Numbered from the stretch's first letter, positions 12,178 through 23,790 are shown. The stretch: DNA of 64,000 nt from Asterias rubens (GCF_902459465.1 NC_047068.1:1736001-1800000); one strand, 5' to 3'. Numbers and translations: made by a program. Notes: a model not told the origin generated them from the sequence alone.

Positions 12178-12928
12178 TTAACCAGTGGGGTAAGGGTAAT
12201 GATGTTACATTGAGCTAGTATTTCTTTGTGGATTAATGCAAGAACAAATTAACTTTTGGACTTGGCTTTAACATATTACCTTCTTCAAAGACTCACTTCT
12301 CAGAATTAATAACCCATGCTCCTTCACAACCCTGGCAGTGTCCTGTGCAGATTAAATTGGCTTGATTTGTGGATTGTATATTTAACTAGTAGAGGTTTGC
12401 AGTAACACTGGGTGAACATTTCTTTCGAGTAGTGTTTGTTCTGAAAAGAACCGTTGGTTGACAACTCAACAGTTTGATCATCATTCTTTGATCAACAGTA
12501 CTTTTGCAGAGTATTCTCTGCACTGGTCATCAGATACTGATCAAACAGTTAGTTGTTTATAACCACCGGTTCTTTTAAGAACAACACTACTCAACCAACA
12601 ATACTCAAAAGAAATTATCACATGGTCTGTTAGTAAAAATAATCTATTGTGGTTTCAATAGACCTCTCTTAGTTATACTTCCACCATGCAAAGTTTCAAA
12701 TCCTACTAGGTTTTATATTGGCAGGAGGGCTAATTCAGTCGGTGCTTACAAGTATTGGTACCAAATAAGGTCATATGACCTGGTATGACCTTTGCAAAGG
12801 TTCAAGTGAAGTTTGGTGGTCAGTCATGAGCTGGCATATGCCTTGACTGCAGTCATTGTTCAACTGGTAGATTATGCAGTTTCTAAGAAAGCAGTAATAT
12901 ACAGCTTCAGTATACACATTTTTCTTAA

Positions 12929-13281
12929 AGGGTTGAGGTACTTTTTGTAAGACTCAAACACAAAAGTCCACAACTTAGACAGTTTAACAATAATGATGAT
13001 AGAAAGATTCCATGCAAATATTACTTGCTGAAGTGCTGTAGTTTTAATGAGAAATGAGTTTAAAAAACATAGTTTTTATCTCGGTTTGCATGTACAACGG
13101 ATTTACGCAACTCTCCTGAAAACATTGCTCTGTGATTTTCCCTTTATTTGTTCTCAAAAACTTGACTACTAATGAAGCTGAAATTTTTACAGGTAAATTA
13201 TATTACATGCATCTTCATTCACAGTGAGTAGGGATTCATGTCATGGCCAACAACCTAATCTACAAAAGGTATCAAAACCCT
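12929..13281. mobile_element. Kolobok-like MITE family J
   Basis: TTAA|AGGGTTGAGGTACTTTTTGTA ... TACAAAAGGTATCAAAACCCT|TCAA; related copy at 47351-47713. Confidence 0.7.
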
Positions 13282-16224
13282 TCAAAGGGTACTGTTAGAG
13301 TTACTGTACGTTACCAATTTGCACCCAAAGACTGTTGAATATATTATGTACTATATGCACAAGAATTGCAGTCTTCAAATTCCCAAGTTTTCTCCATAAC
13401 ACATTTTTTGCATGTAAATATACTGGGCACTGTATCTCATCTATTATTCGTTATTTATGTAATTTGTGTATAAAAACATGATAGATTTTTACTTTTAGAC
13501 CATGTCCGAAACTGGGTATTGTAGAAATATTTTGTGGTGCTGCATCCAGAAAGTTCATGTTGTCTTTTAGTTGTCATCATAGGGTTGCTACATACATTTT
13601 AATAATTATTCATTTGTTTGGTTATTACTTTCTTGCTACACGTTCTGTAAAATACAGCTTGAAAATTTACAACTGTGAAATGTTTTCCTAATTCTTTTCT
13701 GAAGCCCATTTTGCTTTTTTCAATTGCTATCAAAATCACAAGCTCAGAAGGCATAGTTTGGGCCAATAAAATCTTCACTTGTATAAAAGTTAGGTGCACA
13801 TAACAAGAAAAAAGTTTGAAAAAGTTTGATTTCAAATGATACAGTAAAAGTCCAACTTTGGTTGTGAAATATGTGTATATATATGTATAAAACTGATGAT
13901 GGTAAATACTATTAAATCTTTCCTTTTTAAGTCAACCCCCTGAACTACAAACTAGATTCCCTTAATATAAACTATTTATTCAATGCATTATTAACTCTTC
14001 AGAAACTCTGGTACCAATGGTTGTACTGCCCCTCTAAACAACAATAAGTCCGAGAACACACACTCACTGTAATCTTCCATAAGCTTTGACACTATTGTGT
14101 TCAACATGGCTATTGTCGGAATCTAGTTAATTGCTCCATGGGCAACCATAGTATAAACAAATATATATATATATATATACCACAGTGAGTTTTGCTTACT
14201 TAAATGAAGAAATATCAATCACTTTAAAGTGCCGGCCTAGAGAACACTCAGGAACAGACATCGTGTTTGTATTCACTAAGTAGAATTTACCACCCCAACT
14301 CATTAGAGATAGTCATTAACATGGTGTTACCGCAAACATTTCTATATTGTATTTCATTCAACCATGCAAAGTTTCAAATCCTACTTAGGATTTATCAGTT
14401 CTAAAGTTTCTTTTCATGAGCCTAATAACACTACAGTGTCTTGTTTGGTCCCTACAAGAAGTTTATGTTAATACATGTTAAATTATTTTAAAACATGTTA
14501 AATTATACGCAATGTAGTATCTAGTATTTACATACAAATATGTGATTTCTTATGATCCTAATTAACATTTTGAAGACCAAATTCTGATATCATGATTGTT
14601 CAATAAAAGTAAAACATGTTGTATAGAGAGTTAAGGTTTTGTACAAGTTGTTACTGGTATATCCTGCCAATTTCTGCTTTGCAGGCAATTGTTCAGCAAC
14701 ATTTCCCCTGAAGCGACTCAATGGGTCCAATTATAATAATAGAGTTGCTTTTGCACAAAAAGTAGCTAAGCTCAGCCAAATTATGCTTACTAGATTTTAA
14801 TCTAGTGAGCATAAGCTTAAAAGCTTTCCATCCAAAATACCATACATGACCCGCATGATTTGTCTTTGTTTTTTATCCCTTCTGTCGTCGTTCCCATTGG
14901 TTCTGTTTTCCTCCTGCATGCTCCGCCCTCAGCCACCCTCTTATTGTGTTTATTTTTTGCTTTTGTTTTCTTTTTCAAATAATTTATTTAAGTTAATTTA
15001 ATTTAACCTTACTTATTCCTTTATTTAATTCTGTATTTATTTTCCTTACTTCTTGCTTTTTTATAATTGTTTTTTTTCCCCGTTAATGTTCTGTCTTGTG
15101 CTATTGTAACTTGTTTGTTGTACCTTGTATTGGTCGAATAAATAATAATAATAATAATAATGTACCATTTTTGACTAACGTATCCTGTTCAGTCATTTTG
15201 CTTAATAGCAGAAAGCTGTTAAACAATTTTGCTGAAGTAGCTTTATGAACTTGGGCCCTTGTGTTAGGAAAATATGAAGTAAAGATTGACTGGTTGAAAA
15301 GGATTTCTCTCATCTATCTATTCATGTTCATTATCTTCAGAGAGTAGTTCATTTCAAAACCCAAATTTAACACTTTCTTTATGCTCATGTTGACAATTAA
15401 TAAATGGAAAATGCAAAAGTAATGCTACAAATCATTCGAAAGAGTTTTAGACTTCATATCCCATTGGTTCAGTTGGAGTGTTTTTCATTATCACTCAACT
15501 ATAGGCCTACTCCCCTCCTGCACTGTGCACAGTGGACAAATAGCGGGCGCTGTTGTGGGAACTGACGGGTTCTTATGGGTGCAGTAGGCCACTCTGTAAG
15601 CCAGTCTGTAGGCCTACTAACAACATTAAAATTAAACCCCCGTAACAAAAAATACTAAAAATGCCCACACAGGATACTCAAAAAACTTTCAAGTCTCCCA
15701 GCCTATCGAAAACCAATCAGATATTTTAACAACTTAATCTTCAGATTTCTTTTAAATTGTTGGCAGGCCAGCCGCTTCAAATGTTTGCTAACCACGGTGG
15801 TTCCACCCCATCAGGAAAATGTACCCTTTTCCCCCAACCTACTTGCTGCCCGTTCAGGACCATCTTTAGTGCCAAAATTGCACCGAAGGTTGAAGCAAAG
15901 AACCCCAGGTTGTGGTAAAATTCTCATACACAACCTTTTAAATGCCTGACACAAAAACTATTAGTCAAAAGTAACTAGGGCCCGTGTGTGTGTTAAACAA
16001 AAAATAGTTTAGCCGATTTCCGCCGAAGACTCTGTCCCGCATTTCCGAATTAACATGGGCTAGAGGAGGATTCAAAAGAGGGAGCTATTAGAGTTAGTTT
16101 ATGTTCACCAATATGGGGAATCTCCCATTAAAAAAGACAGTGCCTAATAAATATGTATAATTATGTCGAGTTGCCGGATTGTGCGACTGGTTTTTCAAAA
16201 AAAATAATATGGAATTTGTTTTAC

Positions 16225-16337
16225 CTTGTTTCTGCCTTTGATTTCAAAACATTAAACTGAGTTTCTGGTTTGCTGGAACTCTCTCGACTAAAAGCAGCCC
16301 AGTCTATTGCCTTTTGACCGGCTCTCCTCGCTGCCAT
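16225..16337 (-). pseudogene. ATP5PD: ATP synthase subunit d first coding exon (MAARRAGQKAIDWAA...QFNVLKSKAET), orphan, with apparent compensated frameshift
   Basis: ATG at 16337-16335, AG|GTAAAA donor at 16224; in register with human MAGRKLALKTIDWVAF...LKSWNET; conserved VERVPANQK present only in the +1 frame; no downstream exons found. Status (pseudogene, gene or assembly error) unresolved. Confidence 0.7.
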
Positions 16338-16497
16338 TCTGTAGTTTTTAGAGAAGTAATTCAGAACTATCTCGCAACTTGTGAAATCGCCGGTTTCACG
16401 TGTCGTTTTGAAAAGGTCCGAGAACGGTGCCGACTGTTTATTAGAGAACTAGAGAGGGCGCTCGATCTAAAAAGTGGACAATAAAGATAAGATGGCG
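16338..16497. promoter_or_regulatory. Short CpG-rich bidirectional promoter between the ATP5PD-like exon and GGT
   Basis: Divergent ATGs 154 bp apart; E-box CACGTG at 16397-16402; AGAGGGCGCT at about 16453; YY1-type AAGATGGCG overlapping the GGT ATG. Confidence 0.65.
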
Positions 16498-16612
16498 TCG
16501 CCCACAAAGTCATCTGCAGGATCGCCGTACCGTTCTCCGGGTGGTGTTACAGCCCATTTTAAACATGCGTGTGTTGCATCTAGTCAAACCAAAGCCTCAG
16601 AGATTGGAGTAG
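16492..16612 (+). CDS. GGT: Gamma-glutamyltransferase (YwrD-like glutathione hydrolase) exon 1, MASPTKSS...CVASSQTKASEIGV
   Basis: ATG in AAGATGG context; VASSQ..AS.IG motif; G|gtaaag donor, phase 1. Confidence 0.9.
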
Positions 16613-17516
16613 GTAAAGAACGGTAGTTTTATTCCCATAAAAATTACTAATTGAGAAATTGCGAACTGAGTTTGTGGTGTTTACTTATTTTATATAGTGT
16701 TACGTGTCGTGTGTGTGTACTGACGTGACTGTACTACAGTCACGTCCGTAAACAGGTAAACTCAGTCTGTAGTGTTACTGTTTTAACTGTTAGTCTTACT
16801 GTTACTGTTACTCATGATGTCAGATGTAGTATTAGTGTTGGATCATAAAGATACTCTACAAAAGAACAAAGTTAAATGGCCTGACGTTTCGACCAGTTAC
16901 TTTACTACAGTACAGGGGCCAGAGTCTTTCTCTAATCTAATCATCAGGCCTAACGACAACAAAATAAGTAATAACCATGCCGTGGTAAAAGAAGCAGTCA
17001 AGTGAAAATACACTTATCAGTAATTATAGAGGGACAGAGGTAAATAGAAAAAGCAAGGCCCTACTTACTTACTAAGTAATACTACTACTTACTGGTGTAT
17101 TTGGGTTGTTGAGCCGCACCCGCAAACAGTTGGACAGAAGGGGGGTTGCAGGAAGGGGCTGGTAGGACCATTTAGTAAGTTTTACTTTTCATCTCGGTTC
17201 AATGCACTTGCAAAAAAAAACGCAACTCAACAGTCTGAACAAGGAATGGTCTGAAAACTAAATAAGTTAAGTTTACAACGATTAAAGTTTGAAGAATATA
17301 CAGGAAATAAAGATAAGTTAGTGAATAGCTGACTATTTTAACAAAAACTACCATTAAATGTCGAGCGAAATCTTTAAAAACTTGCTTTTAAGGGAATGTT
17401 TTTCAAGATAGTTCATTGTGTGCGGAAGTGCTCTCATTAAGTAAGTTTTTATGTTCGTTAATTTCTGAAGTTTTTACGAATCTATGACCCTAGCTTTACA
17501 TTTTAACTGTTGACAG

Positions 17517-17670
17517 GTATACTGAAGGCTGGAGGCAATGCTGCGGATGCTGCTGTAGCCGTGGCTGCAGCTTTGAATGTCTTATCTCCATGTTTTAATG
17601 GGATCGGTGGAGACTGCTTCTGTCTGTATTATGATGCTGCTAAGAAAACAGTTAAAGGACTGAATGGAAG
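17517..17670 (+). CDS. GGT: GGT exon 2, [22 protein letters not shown]...[12 protein letters not shown]...GLNG
   Basis: Family motifs [10 protein letters not shown] and GIGGD; AG/GT boundaries in frame. Confidence 0.96.
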
Positions 17671-17799
17671 GTGTGGTTTTCTTTATTTATGTTCACAACT
17701 TGTTTTATAACAAGTTTCATACTTCAAAAAGTTGTCTTTTAATGATATGGTTACAATTATTTAATATATATGGAAAAGTTTGGGATAATACCATGTTAT

Positions 17800-17900
17800 G
17801 AATATTTCTCAATGAGTTGTGGTTGTTCTGAAACAATCTTTGGTTTCAACTCGACAGTTCGATCAGTATGCACTGATCGTCTTCAGGAGAAAGCACTGTT
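17800..17900 (-). ncRNA. Penelope-like end with degenerate minimal type I hammerhead motif (17850-17889)
   Basis: Reverse strand CTC-CTGAAGA-C-GATCAGT-gcat-ACTGATC-GAAC-T-GTC-GAG. Confidence 0.55.
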
Positions 17901-18218
17901 ACCCTCTGGAGATGTTTCCCTGGTTTTAGTCTTTGTGGTCAGATCCCCTTTATCCATTAGCGGGTCATGATCTTCGCTCTCGAAGGGCCACACCAAATTT
18001 CCTCTGCTAAGGAGCACTTCTACTATTGGGAAAATGTTATTTTGTTTTAGAACAAATCAGCTGTGCAGAGGGCATCACACCAAAAGCACAGGGCTGTGGG
18101 TTATTTTTAGTCCTGCAGTAGCTACCCCGCTGTGTGTTTAACCTCTGGATTCTGAGGGACGTTTTATTTTGAATTCACTAATTCACCACTATGTGACCTT
18201 TGCATTGATTGTTAACAG

Positions 18219-18372
18219 CGGGCGTTCACCTTCAGAGATATCCCTAGAAGCTGTTGAGCATCTTGGTTTCAGCAGAGTTCAGCCCATTCCAGTAACCCAT
18301 GGACTTAATGTGACTGTACCTGGAGCGGCAGCTGGATGGGTGGACACTGTAACACAGTTTGGATCAGGCAAA
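18219..18372 (+). CDS. GGT: GGT exon 3, SGRSP...VTVPGAAAGWVDTVTQFGSGK
   Basis: VTVPG motif; aacag / gtaagc splice sites. Confidence 0.96.
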
Positions 18373-18489
18373 GTAAGCTGTCTCGTTTGTTTATCTTAAA
18401 GATCTTCCTGTCAAGGGAACTCGTCAAACTCCCACAAGGGGTTATAATAATTAAAAAATAATTTGGGGGGCTAATCATCCTTACTCCCA

Positions 18490-18776
18490 GCTAAGAGCTG
18501 AATTGCGAGTATGCGGCTACAATGTGTTCGAAAAGCAGGCATGCAAGGGCGGCTTTCACTGTCGGCCACATCAACCCATTATGGCCATGGAGCACAGCCA
18601 AGATCGAAAGTGTTTGATTTTTCCCGAGGGAGGAAAACCGGATGGTTTGGAAAACCCTCGTGGCACAGCAGAGAACCAATGCACAACTCAACTCACATAT
18701 GGCCCTGGCCGGGAATCAAATTGGGGTCACCTTGGTGAGAGGCGAGCGCTTTACGCACACCAACCATGCCACCCAT
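18490..18776 (-). mobile_element. tRNA-derived SINE with Meta-domain-like core
   Basis: Reverse strand tRNA head, then atatgtgagttgagttgtgcattggttctctgc...gagggttttcc...ccggttttcctccctc. Confidence 0.65.
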
Positions 18777-18899
18777 AAACACCAAGCAATGGCAACAGCC
18801 ACTTTTTCTCAGAAAAACATAGGTTTAAAGTTTATGATTATGACAATTTTATGAGTTGCACAAAGCAATAAATTGTGTTTCTGTATCTAGATAATACTT

Positions 18900-19070
18900 C
18901 AGCGGTTAGCTTGGTAGGATTTGAACCCACAACATTTTGGATGCAATTCTTGCAGTCTAGCTAAGACTAAGTCATTGTAAAATCAGCGGTCAACTTGGTA
19001 GGATTTGAACCCACAACGTTTAGTTCGCAAGTCCTGCAGTCTAACCACTGGACCACAGTGACTACTGCAG
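18900..19070 (-). mobile_element. Tandemly duplicated tRNA-like SINE head
   Basis: cagcggt..cttggtaggatttgaacccacaac occurs twice, about 85 bp apart. Confidence 0.6.
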
Positions 19071-19156
19071 TCCTTTTCAATCCAGATATTTGTTTACCGC
19101 CTGCCATCATTTCTACCTTCCGGTAAACCCATCTGTGTTTTTGTGTTTGGTTCCAG

Positions 19157-19363
19157 CTTTCACTGCAGCAGATACTCCAACCCGCCATTGATCTTGCTGA
19201 AGGTGGCTTCATTGTGCAACCTGTAGCTGCTAATGGTTGGCAAAGTGATGTAGAGAAACTATTAGTTGAGTCCAACCCCCATGGGAAGACTATGCTGAAG
19301 GAGGGACAGGCACCTAAAGCAGGTGAAACCATGAAACTACCATTGCTGGCTCAGACATTCAAG
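19157..19363 (+). CDS. GGT: GGT exon 4, LSLQQILQPAIDLAEGGF...PLLAQTFK
   Basis: PAI.LAE.GF motif; ttccag / gtacaa; phase 0/0; not shown in this frame in the ORF track. Confidence 0.93.
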
Positions 19364-20518
19364 GTACAATAATTGTAGCTCTTGAGAAAATAGAATTAGC
19401 AGTTGCAAACAACTTACCAACCAAATGGACCGAGAGTATAAATGCAAAAAATAGTTAATGGCCTGACGTTTCGACCCTAGCAGAGTCTTTCTACATGTAT
19501 TACAGCCTCGCTACCATGGGCAGCGTGCCGTGTTGATACCTCTTGTCACATACCCCTGGTGGGGAAACACCGGAAATCAACTCTGATTGGCTAACCAAAA
19601 GTAACTACTTTGCATGTACGCTTGTTAAAAACTTGTCTGCGCTTGTAAGGCACTTGTCAAGTGCAATGCATCATGTTTTTATGCGGTCACCCTCAACTTC
19701 ATACAGTGAGACCTATCACAAGATCGGAAAAGAATGAGAGGGGTCAGTTGCTCTGTGACATGGAAGGTTTTTTTTTGACACAAGTTCTGCATAGTCTGTA
19801 ATACATTATGGATCAACCACAGGATTTCCTAAAATATTTGATATTTCAAAGTCACACTTTACCAGGGGTTACAATCGCGCAAGGCATTCTGTGAAAAGGA
19901 AAAGAAAAAGGCGTTGCGAGATCGAACACCACTTGGAAGAATGGTGGCCTTGTCACTTTAGTGGAACTGGTGTGGTTCCATGTTAACCTCATCCAACTCC
20001 ATTGCTCTGAAATAATAGACTGTCTACCTGCTTAAATTTAACACACTAACCCCTTGTGGTAAGGGAAATGGGGTATGACTGTAGTCGACTAAAGTTACCT
20101 AGGGTATTTAGGAAGGAGGTATGGTGTGCAGTTGACTAAAGTCGCCTATGGTAAGGAAGATGTGTGAACCAAATGCACTGTGTGCAAGATCAATTTGACA
20201 GTGTTTAAAACATTTTACTGACAGTATTTTACTATCGCGAAGACATTTATGTGGATATGAACATTGGAATGTATATTTGGTTTGCGGTAACACCATGGTG
20301 TTACCGCAAACCAGATATACATTGATACCTCACCATGCAATGCCTCAAATCCTATAAACATTGGAATGGGTTTCTTCTTAAAACTGTTTGTCTGTAAATA
20401 GACTCGTGTGACACCGCCTTAAATAGTTGAAGAATTAAATCATCCCCCCCCCCCAAAAAAAAAAAAAAAAGAATAACTAGACCACTCTCTTACGCTCAGT
20501 CCTTGTACAATTCCACAG

Positions 20519-20759
20519 GAACTGGCATTGAAAGGTAAAGCAGGATTCTATGAGGGTAGGATTGCTGAAGCTATCGTTGACATCGTGAAGGCTAATGGTG
20601 GAGTAATGAATCTACAGGACCTGACGACTCATCAGAGTTCCATTGTGGATCCAATCAAGGTCAACTATAAAGGGCTAGATGTTTGGGAAATCCCTCCTAA
20701 TGGTCAAGGGATGACGGTCTTACTTGGGCTCAATTTACTAGAAGGATTTGACCTTAAAG
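20519..20759 (+). CDS. GGT: GGT exon 5, ELALKGKAGFYEGRIAEAIV...WEIPPNGQG...FDLK
   Basis: FY.G.IA and PPNGQG motifs; ccacag / gtaagg. Confidence 0.96.
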
Positions 20760-20930
20760 GTAAGGGAGTTAGGATTAAATCTAGGGTAACATACACACAA
20801 TTTTACTTTATCTGTACTGAGATTTGTTCAAAGGCTTATATCATCACCGGAGTATCATCACCGGAGTAATCTTCTGAAAGCAAGAAGTATTTCCAGTTAG
20901 AAATAAGTGACTAACTAAGTTCAAATTCAA

Positions 20931-21275
20931 GCGGGTGTCGTGGCCGAGCGGTTAAGAGCACCGAATTCAAGCTCTGCTGATTCTGTTCAGCAGTGTGTGG
21001 GTTCGAATCCCGGTTGCGACACTTGAGTCCCTGAGCTAGACAGTTAACTATTATTGCTTCTCTCCACCCAGGGGTAAATGGGGACCTGTGAGCGCAGAGA
21101 TGGTTCTTGTGATTGATTTAGCCGAGTAGCGCACTTGTTGCACGAGGCTGTATACTCCCCAGGGAGCTGAGATGGTTTAAGGAGTAAATTTAGGCCCAGT
21201 GACCAGGGGTAATAATTTGAAGCGCTTTGAGACACCCCTTCAGGAGTGAAAAAGCGCTATATAAACTCAAAATAT
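20931..21275 (+). mobile_element. tRNA-Leu-like SINE, body type 2
   Basis: A box TGGCCGAGCGGTTAAG, B box GGTTCGAATCC, cttctctccacccaggggtaaatggg core, aagcgctatataaa tail. Confidence 0.8.
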
Positions 21276-21402
21276 TAAAAATATTAATACTTAAAGAAGT
21301 GGATTCCAGCCATGCATATGCAATTCACAACTTGTACAGTAATGGCTATGAGCCTCAACTTGTAAAGGTTAGAGTAATAAACCTCAACGTTTACAGATAA
21401 GA

Positions 21403-21532
21403 ATAATCAGCCAATACTTGTACAGAATAGAGACATAATCAGCCAATACTTGTACAGAATAGAGACATAATCAGCTAATACTTGTACAGAATAGAGACAT
21501 AATCAGCCAATACTTGTACAGAATAGAGACAT
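21403..21532. repeat. 32-bp minisatellite, 4 copies, inside a larger degenerate array (about 21330-21870)
   Basis: ataatcagccaatacttgtacagaatagagac at 21403, 21435, 21467, 21499. Confidence 0.92.
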
Positions 21533-22075
21533 CATCCTTAATGTGTAAAGTTTAGAGTATTGAACCTCAACTTGCACTTGTACCGGTAAGAGTAAAAAAC
21601 ATAAACTTATACTGGTTATAGTTTTAATAATAATAATAATAACATGCATTTATATAGCGCTTAATACAAGGTTGTTATGCGTTGGTTAGAGTAATAAGCC
21701 TAAACTTGTACACAAAAAAGACATAAGTCTCAATGTGTAAAGATTAGAGGAATGAACCTCACCTTGCATGCCTTGTACATAAGCCTCAACATGTACAGGT
21801 TAGATTAGTAAACATCAACATGTACAGGTTAGAATAATAAGCCTCAACTTGTACAGAATAAAGACATAGGTTTAATTGGCCCTTTGCGATCATGTGCGCG
21901 TACGTGCTGAAAATGTATCAATAGACACCTTGCATAATGCAACACGCCACAGGGATGCTGAGCTCACGCTCACGTTTTTACGCACAAAGAACAGCTATGG
22001 TCCAATCATTTGCCTCCTTTGACCCCAGTGAGGGTGCTCAACAGACCATTTTTACACAAAGTCACAAGGGTGGAT

Positions 22076-22230
22076 TTCACAAAGGTAGTCCTAACTTAGG
22101 ACTAGTCCTAGGCAATGCTAAGAGATAGGACTGGTCCTAAGTTAGGATGAATTACTGGTCCTAACTTAGGACCAGTTCTATCTCTTAGCATTGCCTAGGA
22201 CTAGTCCTAAGTTAGGACTACCTTTGTGAA
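22076..22230. repeat. Near-perfect inverted repeat (72-bp arms, 11-nt loop), foldback MITE
   Basis: Arms 22076-22147 and 22159-22230, one mismatch. Confidence 0.92.
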
Positions 22231-22565
22231 AAAGTCTCAAAGTATCAGTAATGTGATTAATTCATGAAAGAGACCTAAGCCATCAAAAGCAAAAACATGG
22301 CCCCTGAACATGTACACAGACGTCTAAAAGTATCGCCGAGGGAAAAGTCACAAAATTCTAACAATTTTTAGCTGTTTATTTTGTTAAAAAGGTATTTATT
22401 AACAGGATACAGTGCAAGGACCCGATCTGCGCACTGTTATTCCCTGAATGTAAGCCTCAACAAGTACAGAAAAGAGTCATATGCCTCAATTACCGTTAAT
22501 AAACCTCAGAGGTACAGTCTCCTCATTAGAAATGAGTCCAATTGTGTCCGTTTCCTTTGTTGCAG

Positions 22566-22737
22566 CCATGGGACACAACTCTGCTAAGTACGTTCACACA
22601 GTAATTGAAGCTACTAAGCTAAGCTTTGCTGATAGCCTGCAATACTGTGCTGATATGGATCATGTAGATGTTCCTCTCAAGCAGTTACTATCAAAGGACT
22701 ATGCAGCCAAGAGAAGGAGAAATATACAGCCTGACAA
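22566..22737 (+). CDS. GGT: GGT exon 6, AMGHNSAKYVHTVIEATKLSFAD...LLSKDYAAKRR
   Basis: IEA.KL.FAD motif; ttgcag / gtaagc. Confidence 0.95.
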
Positions 22738-23074
22738 GTAAGCTATAAACGCTCAGCCTCGCTACCATGGGCAGCGCGCTGTATAGATATGCCTCTCATC
22801 ACAAACCCCAGTAGAGCTGTGCTGAAAAACAATACTGATTGCCTTACCAAAAGAGACTGTTCTGCGCGCACACTTTTTTTTAAAGTTTCAAACGTTTGTA
22901 GGAGGCTTGTTATGCACGGGTCAAAATGCAAGTATGCAGGACAGGTAACCAGTTTATTTGCATCATGCCGATATATCATATAATAGATAGAAATATGCAT
23001 CTGGATAAAGAATATTAATTTTTGTTTTACCAAAATCACAGGCATGTTACTTTGGTGGGATTCGAACCCAGAAC

Positions 23075-23469
23075 TACATGTAAGCTTGGGCAATATCACG
23101 ATATTATCAAATATCGGGATATTAATTTGGAAACGATTTCGATATCGGATGGATTTGGTTTTAATCGAAATATCGATATATCACGATATATCGCGATAAT
23201 TGCGATATATCACGATATATCGCGATATTGATTAAATATCACGATGTATTTGCTAGCTTAGACATCTTGCACCCCATGGGTTTGGAGTAAAACCAGAAGA
23301 ATAGGTCATTAGAACACCTCTCTTATGCTATGACTGTCTCTTCTACAACTTTCACTTGGAGTTTGAAGACTGATGATGTCAAATTTAATTAATCGCGATT
23401 ATATTGAATATCGTGATATATTGTCGGCGATATATCCTGAATAAAATAAATCGATATCGCCCAAGCTTA
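23075..23469. mobile_element. hAT-like MITE nested in a SINE
   Basis: TIR TAAGCTTGGGC(A/G)ATATC; 8-bp TSD CCCAGAAC at 23067-23074 and 23470-23477; ATATCG-rich interior. Confidence 0.8.
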
Positions 23470-23630
23470 CCCAGAACCCTTGCAATTCTAGAGCAGTGTC
23501 ATACAAACTAGACCACCGAGATTGCCCGGTAGCTAGAGGCAGTTCGAATCCTATGTTTTGGCAGCGGGTACTGCAACGATTTAATAGATGGAAATAATTT
23601 ACATGTACTTTATTTGGTTGCCTTTTGTAG

Positions 23631-23790
23631 AGCTCTTGAGAATGTTGAGTATGGGGAAGTGAATATTGGAGATGACACGGTGTATTTCTGTGTAGTAGAT
23701 GACCAGGGAAATGCATGCTCCTTCATCATTAGTAACTACATGCACTTTGGGACAGGTCTGGTACCCAAAGAATGTGGCTTTACTTTACAT
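23631..23790 (+). CDS. GGT: GGT exon 7 with autocatalytic cleavage site, DD/TVYFCVVDDQGNACSFIISNYMHFGTG
   Basis: N-terminal nucleophile Thr motif of Ntn-hydrolase GGTs; ttgtag / gtgagt. Confidence 0.96.

Noticed and set aside
12297-12342. 46-nt minus-strand exon-like segment (cag / gtgagt)
   Set aside because: Stops after 6 codons in the ATP5PD frame; other frames unrecognised.
15700-16060. Minus-strand acceptors at about 16060 and 15947 and an open stretch EFYHNLGFFASTFG...GKRVHFPDGVEPPW, considered as ATP5PD or JMJD8 exons
   Set aside because: Both acceptors give a stop within 7 codons when joined to the ATP5PD-like exon; motif spacing does not fit JMJD8; the region is homopolymer-rich and may be low quality.
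18503-19332. ORFs at 18503-18854 and 18967-19332 (-)
   Set aside because: Derived from SINE sequence or antisense to GGT exon 4.
20936-21020. Apparent tRNA-Leu gene
   Set aside because: Anticodon and acceptor stems do not pair properly and it runs into a SINE body; no true tRNA gene was found in the window.
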